From an uncultured Parachlamydiaceae bacterium (GTDB lineage: Bacteria > Chlamydiota > Chlamydiia > Chlamydiales > Parachlamydiaceae), in contig CAVULX010000002.1 of assembly GCA_963742415.1 (NCBI GenBank), positions 128,001 to 192,000 of the forward strand: a DNA stretch of 64,000 bases. Direction: 5' to 3'. The notes beneath the pieces are model-generated. The model saw nothing but the letters and a program-made list of their open reading frames with translations. It had not been told where the DNA came from and ran no database searches. How positions within the stretch are numbered: position 1 is the stretch's first letter; each line of letters starts with the position of its first letter. This document shows positions 50,575 through 60,790 of the stretch, piece by piece. Made by a program: the position numbers and the translations under genes.

Positions 50575-50698
50575 CTTTTTTTTCATCACTGGGCGGGGAA
50601 AGTGGGGGGTAGTCGGTTCATTTTCTTATTTTCTGCTTGCACTTCTGACATCCTTAGGTAACTTGATTTTAGACTGTCAAAATCAGTAACTTTAGAGA

Positions 50699-50904
50699 AA
50701 TTACTTAGGAGAAACAGAGAAGAAACAGGATAAGCATGATCGTAAACGGCATGATAAGCAGGATAAAAGAAAAAACGATTTTTTTTTGAACAGTCTTAAC
50801 TTAATCATATCCGCATATTCTTACTCTTTATTCAATATCTTGCTGATCCTGCCGTTTACGATCATGCTTATCCTGTTTCTTCTCTGTGCCTAGTTACTTC
50901 GGAG
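50699..50904 (-). mobile_element. About 205-bp MITE/REP-like element, copy A
   Basis: Perfect 38-bp TIR 50714-50751/50850-50887; near-identical inverted copy at 63531-63735. Confidence 0.9.
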
Positions 50905-50925
50905 TAAGTGAAATTACTGGCTAAA

Positions 50926-51627
50926 TTATTTTTGTACTTCTTCTTTGATGATGACGCCATCTTCCAATTGGTCGATTTTATCGGCAAATTGAAGAATGCG
51001 GGGGTCATGAGTGACGACGATCAAGGTAAGCTTTTGGTTTTTGACAAGACCTTTCAAGAGCTCCATGATTTTGGTGCCAGTGTGATGGTCAAGAAAGCTG
51101 GTGGGTTCATCACAGACAACAAAGCTGGGGTGGTGCACAATAGCCCGTGCAATGGCCACCCTTTGCTGCTGCCCTCCCGAAAGCTCCTGGGGAAATTTTC
51201 CCACTTTGTCGCCCATCTCAAAATCATTTAAAATCTTGCTCGCTTTTTCTAAGGCCTCCTCCCTTTTAACTCCATTCAAAAGGAGCGGGATGCTGATGTT
51301 TTCCTCTATCGTGATCGTCGGGATTAAATTAAAATTCTGAAAGACAAATCCAATATTTTCCCGGCGGAACTTTGTCTTCTCTTTGTCTGATAAATGATTT
51401 AAATTGACTCCATTGATCAAACATTCTCCCGAATCTTGTGTCAATATTCCGGCAATGACAGAAATCAAGGTTGTTTTTCCAGAACCGGAGGGACCCATCA
51501 GCAATGTGAGTTCGCCGGAATTGATCGTCAGGCTGACTCCACGCAAAGCCACCACACGGGTGTCTCCTAAGCCGTATGCTTTTACAATATTGCTGCAAAC
51601 GATAGCTTTAGTTTCTTGTGTGTCCAT
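50926..51627 (-). CDS. ABC transporter ATP-binding protein (LolD/MacB/DevA type)
   Basis: GPSGSGKT, LSGGQQQRVAIARA, CDEPT, VTHD. Confidence 0.93.
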   Translation of the reverse strand: MDTQETKAIVCSNIVKAYGLGDTRVVALRGVSLTINSGELTLLMGPSGSGKTTLISVIAGILTQDSGECLINGVNLNHLSDKEKTKFRRENIGFVFQNFNLIPTITIEENISIPLLLNGVKREEALEKASKILNDFEMGDKVGKFPQELSGGQQQRVAIARAIVHHPSFVVCDEPTSFLDHHTGTKIMELLKGLVKNQKLTLIVVTHDPRILQFADKIDQLEDGVIIKEEVQK

Positions 51628-51630
51628 GCT

Positions 51631-52791
51631 TTAACTTTTGAATACGATCGCTGGGTCAACATTCACAACTTTTCGGATGCAAATGAAAGCTGCGAAGAGG
51701 GAAATGCATAAGATGGATACCATGCTGGCTAAAAAAAGCCACCAAGGCATGCTAAAAGACAATTCCGTCCCTGCCGTTAGGTACCCAAATAATGCAGCTG
51801 CCCCGATCCCAATCCCCCATCCTAAGCAGCTTACAAAAAGAGCCTGCAACAGCACCATCTTTGTCAATAAGGTGTTATCAGCTCCCATCGCCTTAAAGAT
51901 GCCGAAAAACGGAAGATTGTCCATGGTGAAGTTGTAGAGAGTTTGACCTGCAATAGATGTGCCGATGACAAACCCCAAAATGATCGCGACTCCGAAGTTA
52001 ACGAAAATCCCCGTATATCTCATATAATACTTTAAGGTCAGCCATCTCATTTGATCATGGGTATAAGCCGCAAATCCTGTAATAGAAGTGATTTTACGGG
52101 AAACCTCTTCAGGATCGAGACCAGGTTTTGAATGCGCTAAAATAAAAGAAAGCAGTTTCCTTTGGGCCGGCACGAAGGTCGTGGCCTTACCATAGGTGGT
52201 ATAGATCACGGGTTGCGACTGGAAAGTGCGCGAGACACTGCTAATGCCGACGACGACCGCTCGGTTATCATTTAATTCCATTACATCTCCTACTCTAAGC
52301 GGTATTTTGGTGCCATCTTTTAAGTAAGTAGCAAGCTTGGATTCCGCCCCTACCTGATCGACAATGACGCCCCCATCGATACGCAAGTCTTGAAGTTTTC
52401 CTTGCAACATCACGGGGGGGCCTCCAATCAGGGTTGCATCATCGATTCCGATAAATATACATGTTTGAAATGTTCCATTATGTAAACGGGCTTGAATGGT
52501 CCCTTTATAAAGGGGAACTGCCCATTCGACCCCTTCCACGCTTAGCACCCGATAAAGGTCGGTATCCTTCATGGGTTTAACATCATCTATATATTGCACG
52601 GTTGGATCGACGACCCAAATATTTGGCTGAGATGTATCGGTGATGAATCCAAAGGTACGCATAACAATACCGGTCATGATTGCAGCCTGCTGCGAGATGA
52701 TAAAGGAAGCAAAGCTAAGCCCTAGCACTATGCTGATATATTTTGCCCGATCGCCCATCATCATCTTCAAAGCAATGTAAAGCATTACCAA
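51631..52791 (-). CDS. ABC transporter permease (FtsX/MacB/DevC type)
   Basis: One N-terminal TM, periplasmic domain, FGIFKAMGA, three C-terminal TMs, DPAIVF. Confidence 0.88.
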   Translation of the reverse strand: MVMLYIALKMMMGDRAKYISIVLGLSFASFIISQQAAIMTGIVMRTFGFITDTSQPNIWVVDPTVQYIDDVKPMKDTDLYRVLSVEGVEWAVPLYKGTIQARLHNGTFQTCIFIGIDDATLIGGPPVMLQGKLQDLRIDGGVIVDQVGAESKLATYLKDGTKIPLRVGDVMELNDNRAVVVGISSVSRTFQSQPVIYTTYGKATTFVPAQRKLLSFILAHSKPGLDPEEVSRKITSITGFAAYTHDQMRWLTLKYYMRYTGIFVNFGVAIILGFVIGTSIAGQTLYNFTMDNLPFFGIFKAMGADNTLLTKMVLLQALFVSCLGWGIGIGAAALFGYLTAGTELSFSMPWWLFLASMVSILCISLFAAFICIRKVVNVDPAIVFKS

Positions 52792-54269
52792 TCCCCTCCC
52801 AAGCTTTTATAGACGGCAATGAGATCTGTGGTCAAAGCCTGTTGGCTATCTGTTAAAGTGCTTACAGAATTCAGCCAAATGTCTTTAGATTGCAAGACTT
52901 GATCGTAGCCGGCAAGGCCGGATTCATACTGATCGCGGGTTAAATCATAAATTCTCTTATTTGCTTCGGCCGCAAGGGTTAAGCTTTTCTCCCGCTCTCT
53001 TTCATTAAAATAAGCTGCAAAAGCATCTTCCACCTCTTGTAAAGCAGTAACAACAGTTTTTTGAAAAGTTAAGCAGGCCTGGTTTTGGAGAGCCAGCTGC
53101 ACTTCAATTCCAGCCAAACGTTTTCCAAAATCGAAAACGGGGACGGTTAAAAGGGCGCCTATCCCCCAAATGCGAGCCGGAGAGGTGAAAAGGCGGCTTG
53201 CCGTATCTGTGGAGTATCCGATGTTAGCTCCTTGCAACGGGTTGGCTGCGAAGGAACTGCTTGAACCTGTCAAAGAGACAGAAGGATAAAGCTGTGCGAC
53301 AGCGACCCCAATTTGCTCGGTTGCGGCCGCCATGTTTCTTTCCGCGCTTCGGATGTCGTGGCGCCTGCGCAATAGATCGGCAGGCAAGCCTGCAGGTATT
53401 TTACCGCGGGCTATTGGAATTTCCCGTTTGATCGAAAAATCATCGGCAAGGGATTCGGGATCTCTACCTAAAAGGATGGCAAGAGAATAGATGCTTTGTC
53501 TCAATAATATTTGGATAGCTTTTAAGGCTGCTCTATCGGTTTCTAAATTTACGCGGATATTTTCAACATCTATTTCACTGCTCAAACCGGCAGTAAATTT
53601 GTCAGAGAGCAATTCAAAAAATTTTTCCTCATCGTCAACGATTTCCAAGGCCAAAGTTTCTCTTTTCTGGAAAGCGCAAATTTGAGCGTAGGTGCTGGCT
53701 ACTTCGCTCAAGACGATGATTTTTACATCCCGGGATGTTTCACACGTTGCTTGCCATGTATCATAAGCCGCATCAGCCGTTCGGCGCAATTTGCCGAATA
53801 GATCAAGCTCCCAAACACAATCGAAACCGATTTGGAAAAAATTCTGAATGGGTGAAATTCCTGCGGTTGCAGCGGCGGCTCTTGGCGTGCTGGCTGTTGA
53901 GGACGTTGTGAAGGCTTGGCTTGCACGAAAGCGGGAAGCTTGCGTGTCAAAGTCAAATTCGGGAAGGATTTGTGTGAATTGCATCCAATATTGAGCTCTG
54001 GCTTGATAAACCTGTTCGATGGCGATTCGATAATCGAAACTTCCCCGCGTCGCCTCATCTAAAAGCTCGTTTAGGAAGGGGTCATTAAAGATCATCCACC
54101 AGTAAAGAAAATCTTCATCATAAGGGTCATAGGTGCTCTCTTCTCTATCTTCAATATACTCTTCAACATACTCGCTGGGCATAGCAACCAAAGGTGTCTC
54201 ATAATCAGGTCCGACCTTACAACTTGTCCAGAGTAGTAATAGGGGGATAGCAAGCGAAATCCGTTTCAT
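52785..54269 (-). CDS. Efflux outer-membrane factor lipoprotein
   Basis: Lipobox WTSC, WW.FND..L, WELDLFG, PADLLRRR.DI, YKSLGG.W. Confidence 0.92.
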   Translation of the reverse strand: MKRISLAIPLLLLWTSCKVGPDYETPLVAMPSEYVEEYIEDREESTYDPYDEDFLYWWMIFNDPFLNELLDEATRGSFDYRIAIEQVYQARAQYWMQFTQILPEFDFDTQASRFRASQAFTTSSTASTPRAAAATAGISPIQNFFQIGFDCVWELDLFGKLRRTADAAYDTWQATCETSRDVKIIVLSEVASTYAQICAFQKRETLALEIVDDEEKFFELLSDKFTAGLSSEIDVENIRVNLETDRAALKAIQILLRQSIYSLAILLGRDPESLADDFSIKREIPIARGKIPAGLPADLLRRRHDIRSAERNMAAATEQIGVAVAQLYPSVSLTGSSSSFAANPLQGANIGYSTDTASRLFTSPARIWGIGALLTVPVFDFGKRLAGIEVQLALQNQACLTFQKTVVTALQEVEDAFAAYFNEREREKSLTLAAEANKRIYDLTRDQYESGLAGYDQVLQSKDIWLNSVSTLTDSQQALTTDLIAVYKSLGGDW

Positions 54270-55213
54270 TTTTTTACGTATGACTCTATCGGTTTAGACT
54301 CGATAAAAATATCTAGTATCTGGCCGACATAAATCGGAAAATCATTTTTCTCAAAATTATATAGCACTTGCAAGACTCTGGTGTCGACCCTTTCTGTGGT
54401 TTCCCCTGTAAAGGAGCTCTTGGGGATGACATAGGGTTCAACACGTAGAAAATCCAAAGGGAAATTGAGATGGCTATTTCCCCTGACAAATCCGGTGGCA
54501 GCTGACCCTTTTTCATAGCGCCAAGCATCATCTTCGTCGATATCGATCCGCACCTGGAGAGGAGTGACTCTTCCCATTAACATTAGCGAGCCTTGAGCAG
54601 CCGTTTGCCAAGTAGATTGGGCATTAATAAAAGGGGTAATAGGGGCAATTTCACCTATGTGGATATTCACTTGCAGGATTTGGCCATCGATAGGAGCTTG
54701 AATTATAGATCTTTCAATATTGACTTGGGCTAACTCTTCGTTTGCTACCGCTACGTTTAAATTTTCTTGAGCTTCTAGGAAAGCATAATGGGTTTGTTCA
54801 TAGATTTGTTCGCTGACCGCTTTTTTATCTCTTAAGCGTAGATAGAAACTATATTGCTCCTGTTTATCCTTTAAATTAACTTTTGCTGCTGCAACGCTTG
54901 CCCGCGCAGCTTCGAGCTGTGCATTGAAATTTCTTAAATCAAGTTGGAAAAGGGGATCCCCCTTTTTAACGAAATCTCCTTCTATAACAAAAATTTTATC
55001 GATCACCTCATTGAAAGGACACCCTATCGATATATTTTGTGAAGAGGCTTCAATAATTCCTGCCCCGGCAATCGCGTGGGGATATGGAGATTTTGGCGGT
55101 GGAAAAAGGATAGGCTGAGTGGGAACCGTTCTTTGGCTCCAAATGACAACATAAATCGCAAATAAAACCCCTATAACAGAAAGTAAAGGCAAAAAATAGT
55201 GTTTGGATAGCAT
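54266..55213 (-). CDS. HlyD-family periplasmic adaptor
   Basis: V.EGD.VKKGDPLF.LD, APIDG.IL, TERVDTRVLQV. Confidence 0.88.
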   Translation of the reverse strand: MLSKHYFLPLLSVIGVLFAIYVVIWSQRTVPTQPILFPPPKSPYPHAIAGAGIIEASSQNISIGCPFNEVIDKIFVIEGDFVKKGDPLFQLDLRNFNAQLEAARASVAAAKVNLKDKQEQYSFYLRLRDKKAVSEQIYEQTHYAFLEAQENLNVAVANEELAQVNIERSIIQAPIDGQILQVNIHIGEIAPITPFINAQSTWQTAAQGSLMLMGRVTPLQVRIDIDEDDAWRYEKGSAATGFVRGNSHLNFPLDFLRVEPYVIPKSSFTGETTERVDTRVLQVLYNFEKNDFPIYVGQILDIFIESKPIESYVKK

Positions 55214-55410
55214 AAAAAAATCCAAAAAATTGGAAGTAATGCAAAAGTTATCAAAAAATATTTTTATAACAAAGAAGGATCATTAAAACAGAGCTGTTTC
55301 GTGCAGCTTGAATAATGGAGACAAATTAAAAAACAATAGAAGAGTCTTCTTAATAAAAAATTAACAATTATTTATTATAATAACAATATTTAAATTAAAG
55401 ATGTTTTATT

Positions 55411-56700
55411 ATGAGTAAATTTTTGTTAATTATTATTTTTTCTTTTGTTTCTATTTCGCTGTATTCTAGTGAAAATGTAAAAAAATCCTCAAAAAAGGAA
55501 ATTTACGATTTAAAAGAAAACTGCGAATTAAATTTCAGCTCTCCAATATTTGATAGCTACTTGTCCCAAATCTCTGAGGCCGCCCAAAAAATTGATGGCT
55601 TGCCCCCTGAAATCACCTCAACTTTTTTAACCGCAGCCGATACTCCTACTGAAAAAAGGCTCATGCACAAAAATATCGTGACGACAGTGCGGGAAGCTTT
55701 GGAAAAATATCAAAATCAGGAAACGATCCACCGTATCAATGCTCTTGCAGCCTCGATTTTTACTGAAGCAAATGTGAATGATGAACATCAAAAGCTGTTA
55801 AACGAAATTGTTGATCTAAATGCAGAAGCGACTAAATCGAAGCCTATCTACCAACAAGTTAAAGAGATTTATGCGAAATTAGAGGAACGTTTCAAGCATA
55901 GCGGCTACTTTTCATCGGATAAAACAAAAAAAGACTACCTTTTGAACGGTTTTTTACCCTCGCAGATATTCTCAATAGAGAACACACATTATCTTTATAT
56001 GCCTAACCCCATCGTTGAAGATAAAAATGCCCGCATAAAAGAATTAAGTCCTCTTTTCCTAGGATATATCAACCATTTGAAAAACAGCCAAATGAAGCAC
56101 CTGTACGTCAATGTAAAAAGCATCTCCAATGAATTAGTCCAGCTTGCCCAAAGTCCTGATTATGAAAATGTGTTTGCAATGGTCTCTTTGGACCGCAGTT
56201 CTGAATTTTATTACCAAAAGAACTCATGGGCAGACAAAGATGATGCCAACGGATTCAAAGAAAATCTGAAAAGAAATCTACTAGAAAATTTTTCTCAAAG
56301 CAAAATTTTTGAAGAGCATAACTGGCATGTTGAACTGGATACTATCCTTGAAGATGTGCACGCAAAGTATTTTTATTCTTCGTCTATACTCACAAAGATG
56401 CAAAGGGGCGCTTTTATTGAGATCTCTTATGCAGAACTTGCGGCTCTTGCTTGCCGCATTTTCCAACCCAATTTTGTCAATGTCACCTGTGAATTCACCA
56501 TCGACAGAGGACCCAGCCAATTTGCGTTTATCTATTTGTACGATATCTACCAAAAACGTGGGGAACTAACCGATGAAGAACAAAGCCGCTTCCTCACCTT
56601 GCTTTTCGCATCCCCTATGATAGTTCATAATCGGACAGCGCATGATTATCGCGTTAACCGGATGATAGAAACCATCGAAGTGTTGTTTAATAAACAATAA
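55411..56700 (+). CDS. Exported hypothetical protein with a CX5R motif
   Basis: Signal peptide; KHLYVN; NVTCEFTIDRG. Confidence 0.7.
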   Translation: MSKFLLIIIFSFVSISLYSSENVKKSSKKEIYDLKENCELNFSSPIFDSYLSQISEAAQKIDGLPPEITSTFLTAADTPTEKRLMHKNIVTTVREALEKYQNQETIHRINALAASIFTEANVNDEHQKLLNEIVDLNAEATKSKPIYQQVKEIYAKLEERFKHSGYFSSDKTKKDYLLNGFLPSQIFSIENTHYLYMPNPIVEDKNARIKELSPLFLGYINHLKNSQMKHLYVNVKSISNELVQLAQSPDYENVFAMVSLDRSSEFYYQKNSWADKDDANGFKENLKRNLLENFSQSKIFEEHNWHVELDTILEDVHAKYFYSSSILTKMQRGAFIEISYAELAALACRIFQPNFVNVTCEFTIDRGPSQFAFIYLYDIYQKRGELTDEEQSRFLTLLFASPMIVHNRTAHDYRVNRMIETIEVLFNKQ

Positions 56701-56763
56701 TGGCTGACAAAAAAGGGAAAAAGTGAAGACTGAATAGCGAAAGTAAGTTGCATTACATCCATC

Positions 56764-57828
56764 ATGAACAGAATTCCTGTAGGCATTTTAGGGGCGACGG
56801 GCATCGTCGGACAAAAATTTGTAGAATTGCTCGCCAACCACCCCTGGTTTGAAGTGGTCGCCCTGGCAGCCTCTGAGAAATCTCAGGGGAAACCCTATGG
56901 TGAAATAGCACGGTGGCGGATCTCTTCTCCACTCAATCCTGCATTGGCACGGATAATTGTCTCAGAGTGCAAACCTCCTCTTCCCTGCAAGGTTGTTTTC
57001 TCCGCTTTAGATTCAGAAGTTGCAAAGGAGATCGAAACTCTCTTTGCCGAAGCAGGCTATGCTGTCATTTCAAATTCAAGCCCCCATCGGATGGTCCCCA
57101 ACATCCCCCTATTAATCCCTGAAGTCAATAGCGACCATTTAAATTTAGTCCATTCACAACGTTTTTCTCCCGGAATGATTGTCACTAATCCCAATTGCTC
57201 TGTCATTGGGATCACAACAGCTTTAAAACCCTTGGCAGACCGGTGGGGCATTGATCAAATGCAGGTGACCACGTTGCAAGCTATTTCTGGAGCAGGCTAC
57301 CCTGGCGTTTCCAGCTTTGACATATTGGACAACGTGATCCCCTACATCGCCGGTGAAGAAGCTAAAATAGAAACAGAGCCGCTTAAAATTTTAGGAACTT
57401 ATGCAGATGAGGAGATCCGCCCCTATTCAATGAAAATAAGTGCCCAATGCAACCGCGTCCCGGTCATGGATGGGCATATGGCTTGTGTATCTGTTAAACT
57501 CAGGAGATCTGCATCGCAAGAAGATATCCTTGATGCTTGGCAGAGTTTTTCCGCTGAACCCCAAAAGCTGGATCTACCCTTGGCTCCGAAAAAGCCCATT
57601 GCCTATTTCCCCGATGAAAGGCATCCCCAGCCAAAACTTCACCGTTATGCAGATAAGGGGATGGCGATCTCCATCGGCCGTTTAAGAAAATGCCCCATAT
57701 TTGATTGGAAATTTGTTTTGTTATCCCATAATACGATTCGTGGGGCAGCTGGAGGAGCTATTTTAAATGGGGAGCTTATGGCCGTGAAGTCAATGCTATA
57801 CCCAAATAACCTGAAAAATCGGTTTTAG
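56764..57828 (+). CDS. asd: Aspartate-semialdehyde dehydrogenase
   Basis: ILGATGIVGQ, PEVN, NPNCS, QAISGAG, CNRVPV.DGH, HNTIRGAAG. Confidence 0.95.
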   Translation: MNRIPVGILGATGIVGQKFVELLANHPWFEVVALAASEKSQGKPYGEIARWRISSPLNPALARIIVSECKPPLPCKVVFSALDSEVAKEIETLFAEAGYAVISNSSPHRMVPNIPLLIPEVNSDHLNLVHSQRFSPGMIVTNPNCSVIGITTALKPLADRWGIDQMQVTTLQAISGAGYPGVSSFDILDNVIPYIAGEEAKIETEPLKILGTYADEEIRPYSMKISAQCNRVPVMDGHMACVSVKLRRSASQEDILDAWQSFSAEPQKLDLPLAPKKPIAYFPDERHPQPKLHRYADKGMAISIGRLRKCPIFDWKFVLLSHNTIRGAAGGAILNGELMAVKSMLYPNNLKNRF

Positions 57829-57960
57829 GCTTAAGCGAAAGCTCTCGCGATTCGACTTTCGAAATCGACCCCATATTATAATATTGGGTCGATTCCGGAA
57901 GATCGAATCCCGAGGCTTTGGCTAAGTCTAAATCCCGATTTTTCAGGTTGTTTGGGTATA
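57797..57960. repeat. 164-bp palindromic MITE-like element overlapping the 3' end of asd
   Basis: TATACCCAAAtAACCTGAAAAATCGG ... CCGATTTTTCAGGTTgTTTGGGTATA; imperfect symmetry runs to a central TATTATAATA. Confidence 0.9.
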
Positions 57961-57962
57961 AA

Positions 57963-58598
57963 TTAACTTTTGTTTTTCAGCTTATTATTGAGATTTTCTA
58001 ACATATCCATGGCTTCTTTCAATTTGTTAAAAGCCCCCCCATCTTCTTTCTTTTCTTGGATTGAAATCCCTTTGAGCCTAGCCATCTCGGCATTCACCAA
58101 TCGGTTGAGCGACCATCTCTTTGTCAATGTGCATGCCAAGTTAATAATTTCAATCCGATCAAAAGGTTTTTTTAAAATAAATAAATGATCGGTATTCCCG
58201 AATCGTTGAAAAATTTCTTCCCAAGAATATTTTGCATAGGCTGTACAAATAACTACTTGAATATCGGCGTCAATTTCCCAAATCCTCTCAATGGTCTGAA
58301 TCCCATCTATCCCCGGCGGCATTTGCACATCCACAAACGCAATCGCATAAGGCCTCTTCTCTTTAACTGACTTTTGCACACAATTTATCCCATCTTGCCC
58401 TTGAAAAACACAATCAATCTCAAATTGGGGAAGGCTTCCAGCCATGGTTTTTTGGTGAAAAAGATGCTGATGCATGTTTTCAAGATTTTTCTTTTGCGAA
58501 CTCTCTTCGTGAATTAATATTTTACGAAAATCCTCATGGATATCTTGTACATCGTCAATGACGAGGATGCGGAAAGTATTTTCAGCAGATGTGCTCAT
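57963..58598 (-). CDS. Response regulator receiver protein without an evident output domain
   Basis: ILVIDD, AFVDVQMPPG.DG, ICTAY, ILKKPF. Confidence 0.88.
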   Translation of the reverse strand: MSTSAENTFRILVIDDVQDIHEDFRKILIHEESSQKKNLENMHQHLFHQKTMAGSLPQFEIDCVFQGQDGINCVQKSVKEKRPYAIAFVDVQMPPGIDGIQTIERIWEIDADIQVVICTAYAKYSWEEIFQRFGNTDHLFILKKPFDRIEIINLACTLTKRWSLNRLVNAEMARLKGISIQEKKEDGGAFNKLKEAMDMLENLNNKLKNKS

Positions 58599-60726
58599 GG
58601 CTGTCTTTGAACTCCTTATCTTTCTTATAAATTTTTGGCAATGTGAGGACAAATGTAGCCCCATGCCCTAATCCGCGGCTATGAGCCGTCAATGACCCTC
58701 CGGCTTCTTGAGCTGAAAGGGCGCTTGGATGAAGCCCATAACCATGCCCTTTCTTTTTGGTGGTATAGCCATAGGAGAAAATTCTTGTTATATCCTCTTC
58801 CTTAATTCCCAATCCATTATCACTAACTTCAATGACGATGTGATCTGGATTTTTTAGCTTAATACGCAAAACGATCTTTTTTTCTTTAGCTGTGCTTTCT
58901 AACAAGGATTCCTTGGCGTTTTTTATCAAGTTGATGATGATCTGGAATATTTTTACTTTATCGACATCGAAGGGAGGTATTTTTTCAAATTCCCTTTCGA
59001 CAATTATTCCCGATTTTTCGATGGCGTTTATAGCTAAAGCATCTTCAAGCAAAGTATGAATTTGCACTTTTTCCGCTTTTCTTGAATATCCACTGATCAT
59101 CTGTTGCATCAATACGATATCTTTAATATGTTGTATTTTATGAGTTAAAGATTCTAACTCTCGATGAAGAATGTTTTGTTCTTCTTTAAGATATTCAACA
59201 AATTGATTCAAATATTGGGGAAGTGCTCTTCCGATTTCATCTGTTTTAAGAAATTTATCCAATTCATTTTTATGATCTTCCAAACTTTGAGCCATTTTTG
59301 CTAAGCCATAAATTTGGGAATTGACACTTCTGTTCAAAAGAACTTGAGCTGAAACATTGATACTATTTAATACATTTCCAACATTATGTAATACACATGT
59401 GGCGACCTCTGCCATACCTGCTTGGCGAGAGGCTAACACAAACTTTTGATTTAATGCGTTTAATTCTTCTTCAGCACGCTTTCTTTCACTTATATCACGA
59501 AAAACAATAATGTAAAAAATGTCATCCTTTATCAAGGACTTAGATACACTTAATTCCACAGGAACATTATTTTTGTCTTTGCAAAATCCAACTAACTCCA
59601 CTAAGAGATCACTTTTTGCAAGTAATAAGGGAAGAGAAATGGGATAGACCTCTTTATCAGAGGAATCAACGTGGCCAATAAAGGAGGAGATATTTTGTGA
59701 AACCACTTCATTTTCTACACTATAATGTAAGATTTTCAAGGCAGCCCGATTGCAAATAGCGATCTCTCCCACTCCATTCAAGACCATAATCCCATCGCCT
59801 GCAGCCGTGAGAATCGCAGTGATTTTTTCTTCCTTAGCAATCGATTGTTCAGCAAGGCTAATTAAATTCTGATTCAATTTCTCCAATTCTAAACTCTTTT
59901 GCTGTAAAATTGCCTCTGTCTCTAAAAGTTTTTGGTTTTTGTTTTGAAGAGTATACATCCAAAAACGGCTGGCTACAACCGCTATCGACATGATCAAAAT
60001 GGTGGCGGCGCCTATAAAAAAAGATAAAATATCGGGGTTAATCGACTGTTGAAACTCTATTCCCATCAGAGGCATATCGTCGATAAAAACCGCCGCAGCC
60101 ATTCCCGTATAATGCATGCCGCAAACCGCAAGCCCCATGATCAAGGCGCTGCCAATTTTTAATACCCCCTGGTATTTACGCGCCCGACTACTGAATATCA
60201 TCAAACAAAGAGCCGCTTCCGAAGTGACAACTGCAATGACGATCGACAAAGCAAAAAGACTAGGGATGTAATGGATTTTTACCCCCCTCATTGCTGACAT
60301 CCCAATGTAATGCATAGTCGCAATGCCAAAACCTAACAAGACCCCGCCCAGCATTAAAGGAATCAGCTTAACTACCTCATTTTTGATTAAAAAGAAGGCA
60401 AATCCTGACGCGATAATCGCAAAAAGCATCGACAGCCCTGTCAAAAAGGGGTCATATTCCATCGGCATCGGCATGACAAACGCAAGCATGCCAATAAAAT
60501 GCATGGTCCATATCCCCATCCCCATGGCCAAAGCCCCGCCAATAAGCCACCCCAGCTTTGAACCCACAATTTGATTGGGTGTCCGGATCCGTTCTGTAAG
60601 ATCCAAAGCCACATAAGAAGCCAAGGAAGCCATGATGTACGACAACAACACAAGATACCAAGTGTAAGTGCCTTGGATCGCTGTTAATGGGATAGGCCCC
60701 CATTGAAAGAATGAACTGCTAAACAT
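58582..60726 (-). CDS. MHYT-PAS sensor histidine kinase
   Basis: MHFIGM/MHYIGM/MHYTGM repeats; PAS; VLHNVGN; NLIKNA, DNGLGI, F..G.TTK..G.GYGL. Confidence 0.92.
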   Translation of the reverse strand: MFSSSFFQWGPIPLTAIQGTYTWYLVLLSYIMASLASYVALDLTERIRTPNQIVGSKLGWLIGGALAMGMGIWTMHFIGMLAFVMPMPMEYDPFLTGLSMLFAIIASGFAFFLIKNEVVKLIPLMLGGVLLGFGIATMHYIGMSAMRGVKIHYIPSLFALSIVIAVVTSEAALCLMIFSSRARKYQGVLKIGSALIMGLAVCGMHYTGMAAAVFIDDMPLMGIEFQQSINPDILSFFIGAATILIMSIAVVASRFWMYTLQNKNQKLLETEAILQQKSLELEKLNQNLISLAEQSIAKEEKITAILTAAGDGIMVLNGVGEIAICNRAALKILHYSVENEVVSQNISSFIGHVDSSDKEVYPISLPLLLAKSDLLVELVGFCKDKNNVPVELSVSKSLIKDDIFYIIVFRDISERKRAEEELNALNQKFVLASRQAGMAEVATCVLHNVGNVLNSINVSAQVLLNRSVNSQIYGLAKMAQSLEDHKNELDKFLKTDEIGRALPQYLNQFVEYLKEEQNILHRELESLTHKIQHIKDIVLMQQMISGYSRKAEKVQIHTLLEDALAINAIEKSGIIVEREFEKIPPFDVDKVKIFQIIINLIKNAKESLLESTAKEKKIVLRIKLKNPDHIVIEVSDNGLGIKEEDITRIFSYGYTTKKKGHGYGLHPSALSAQEAGGSLTAHSRGLGHGATFVLTLPKIYKKDKEFKDSHEHIC

Positions 60727-60790
60727 TTGAACCTCTATATTGCTTAATTACAAGAATGGTCCAAAGTTGTAAATTATTTTTCCAATTATC

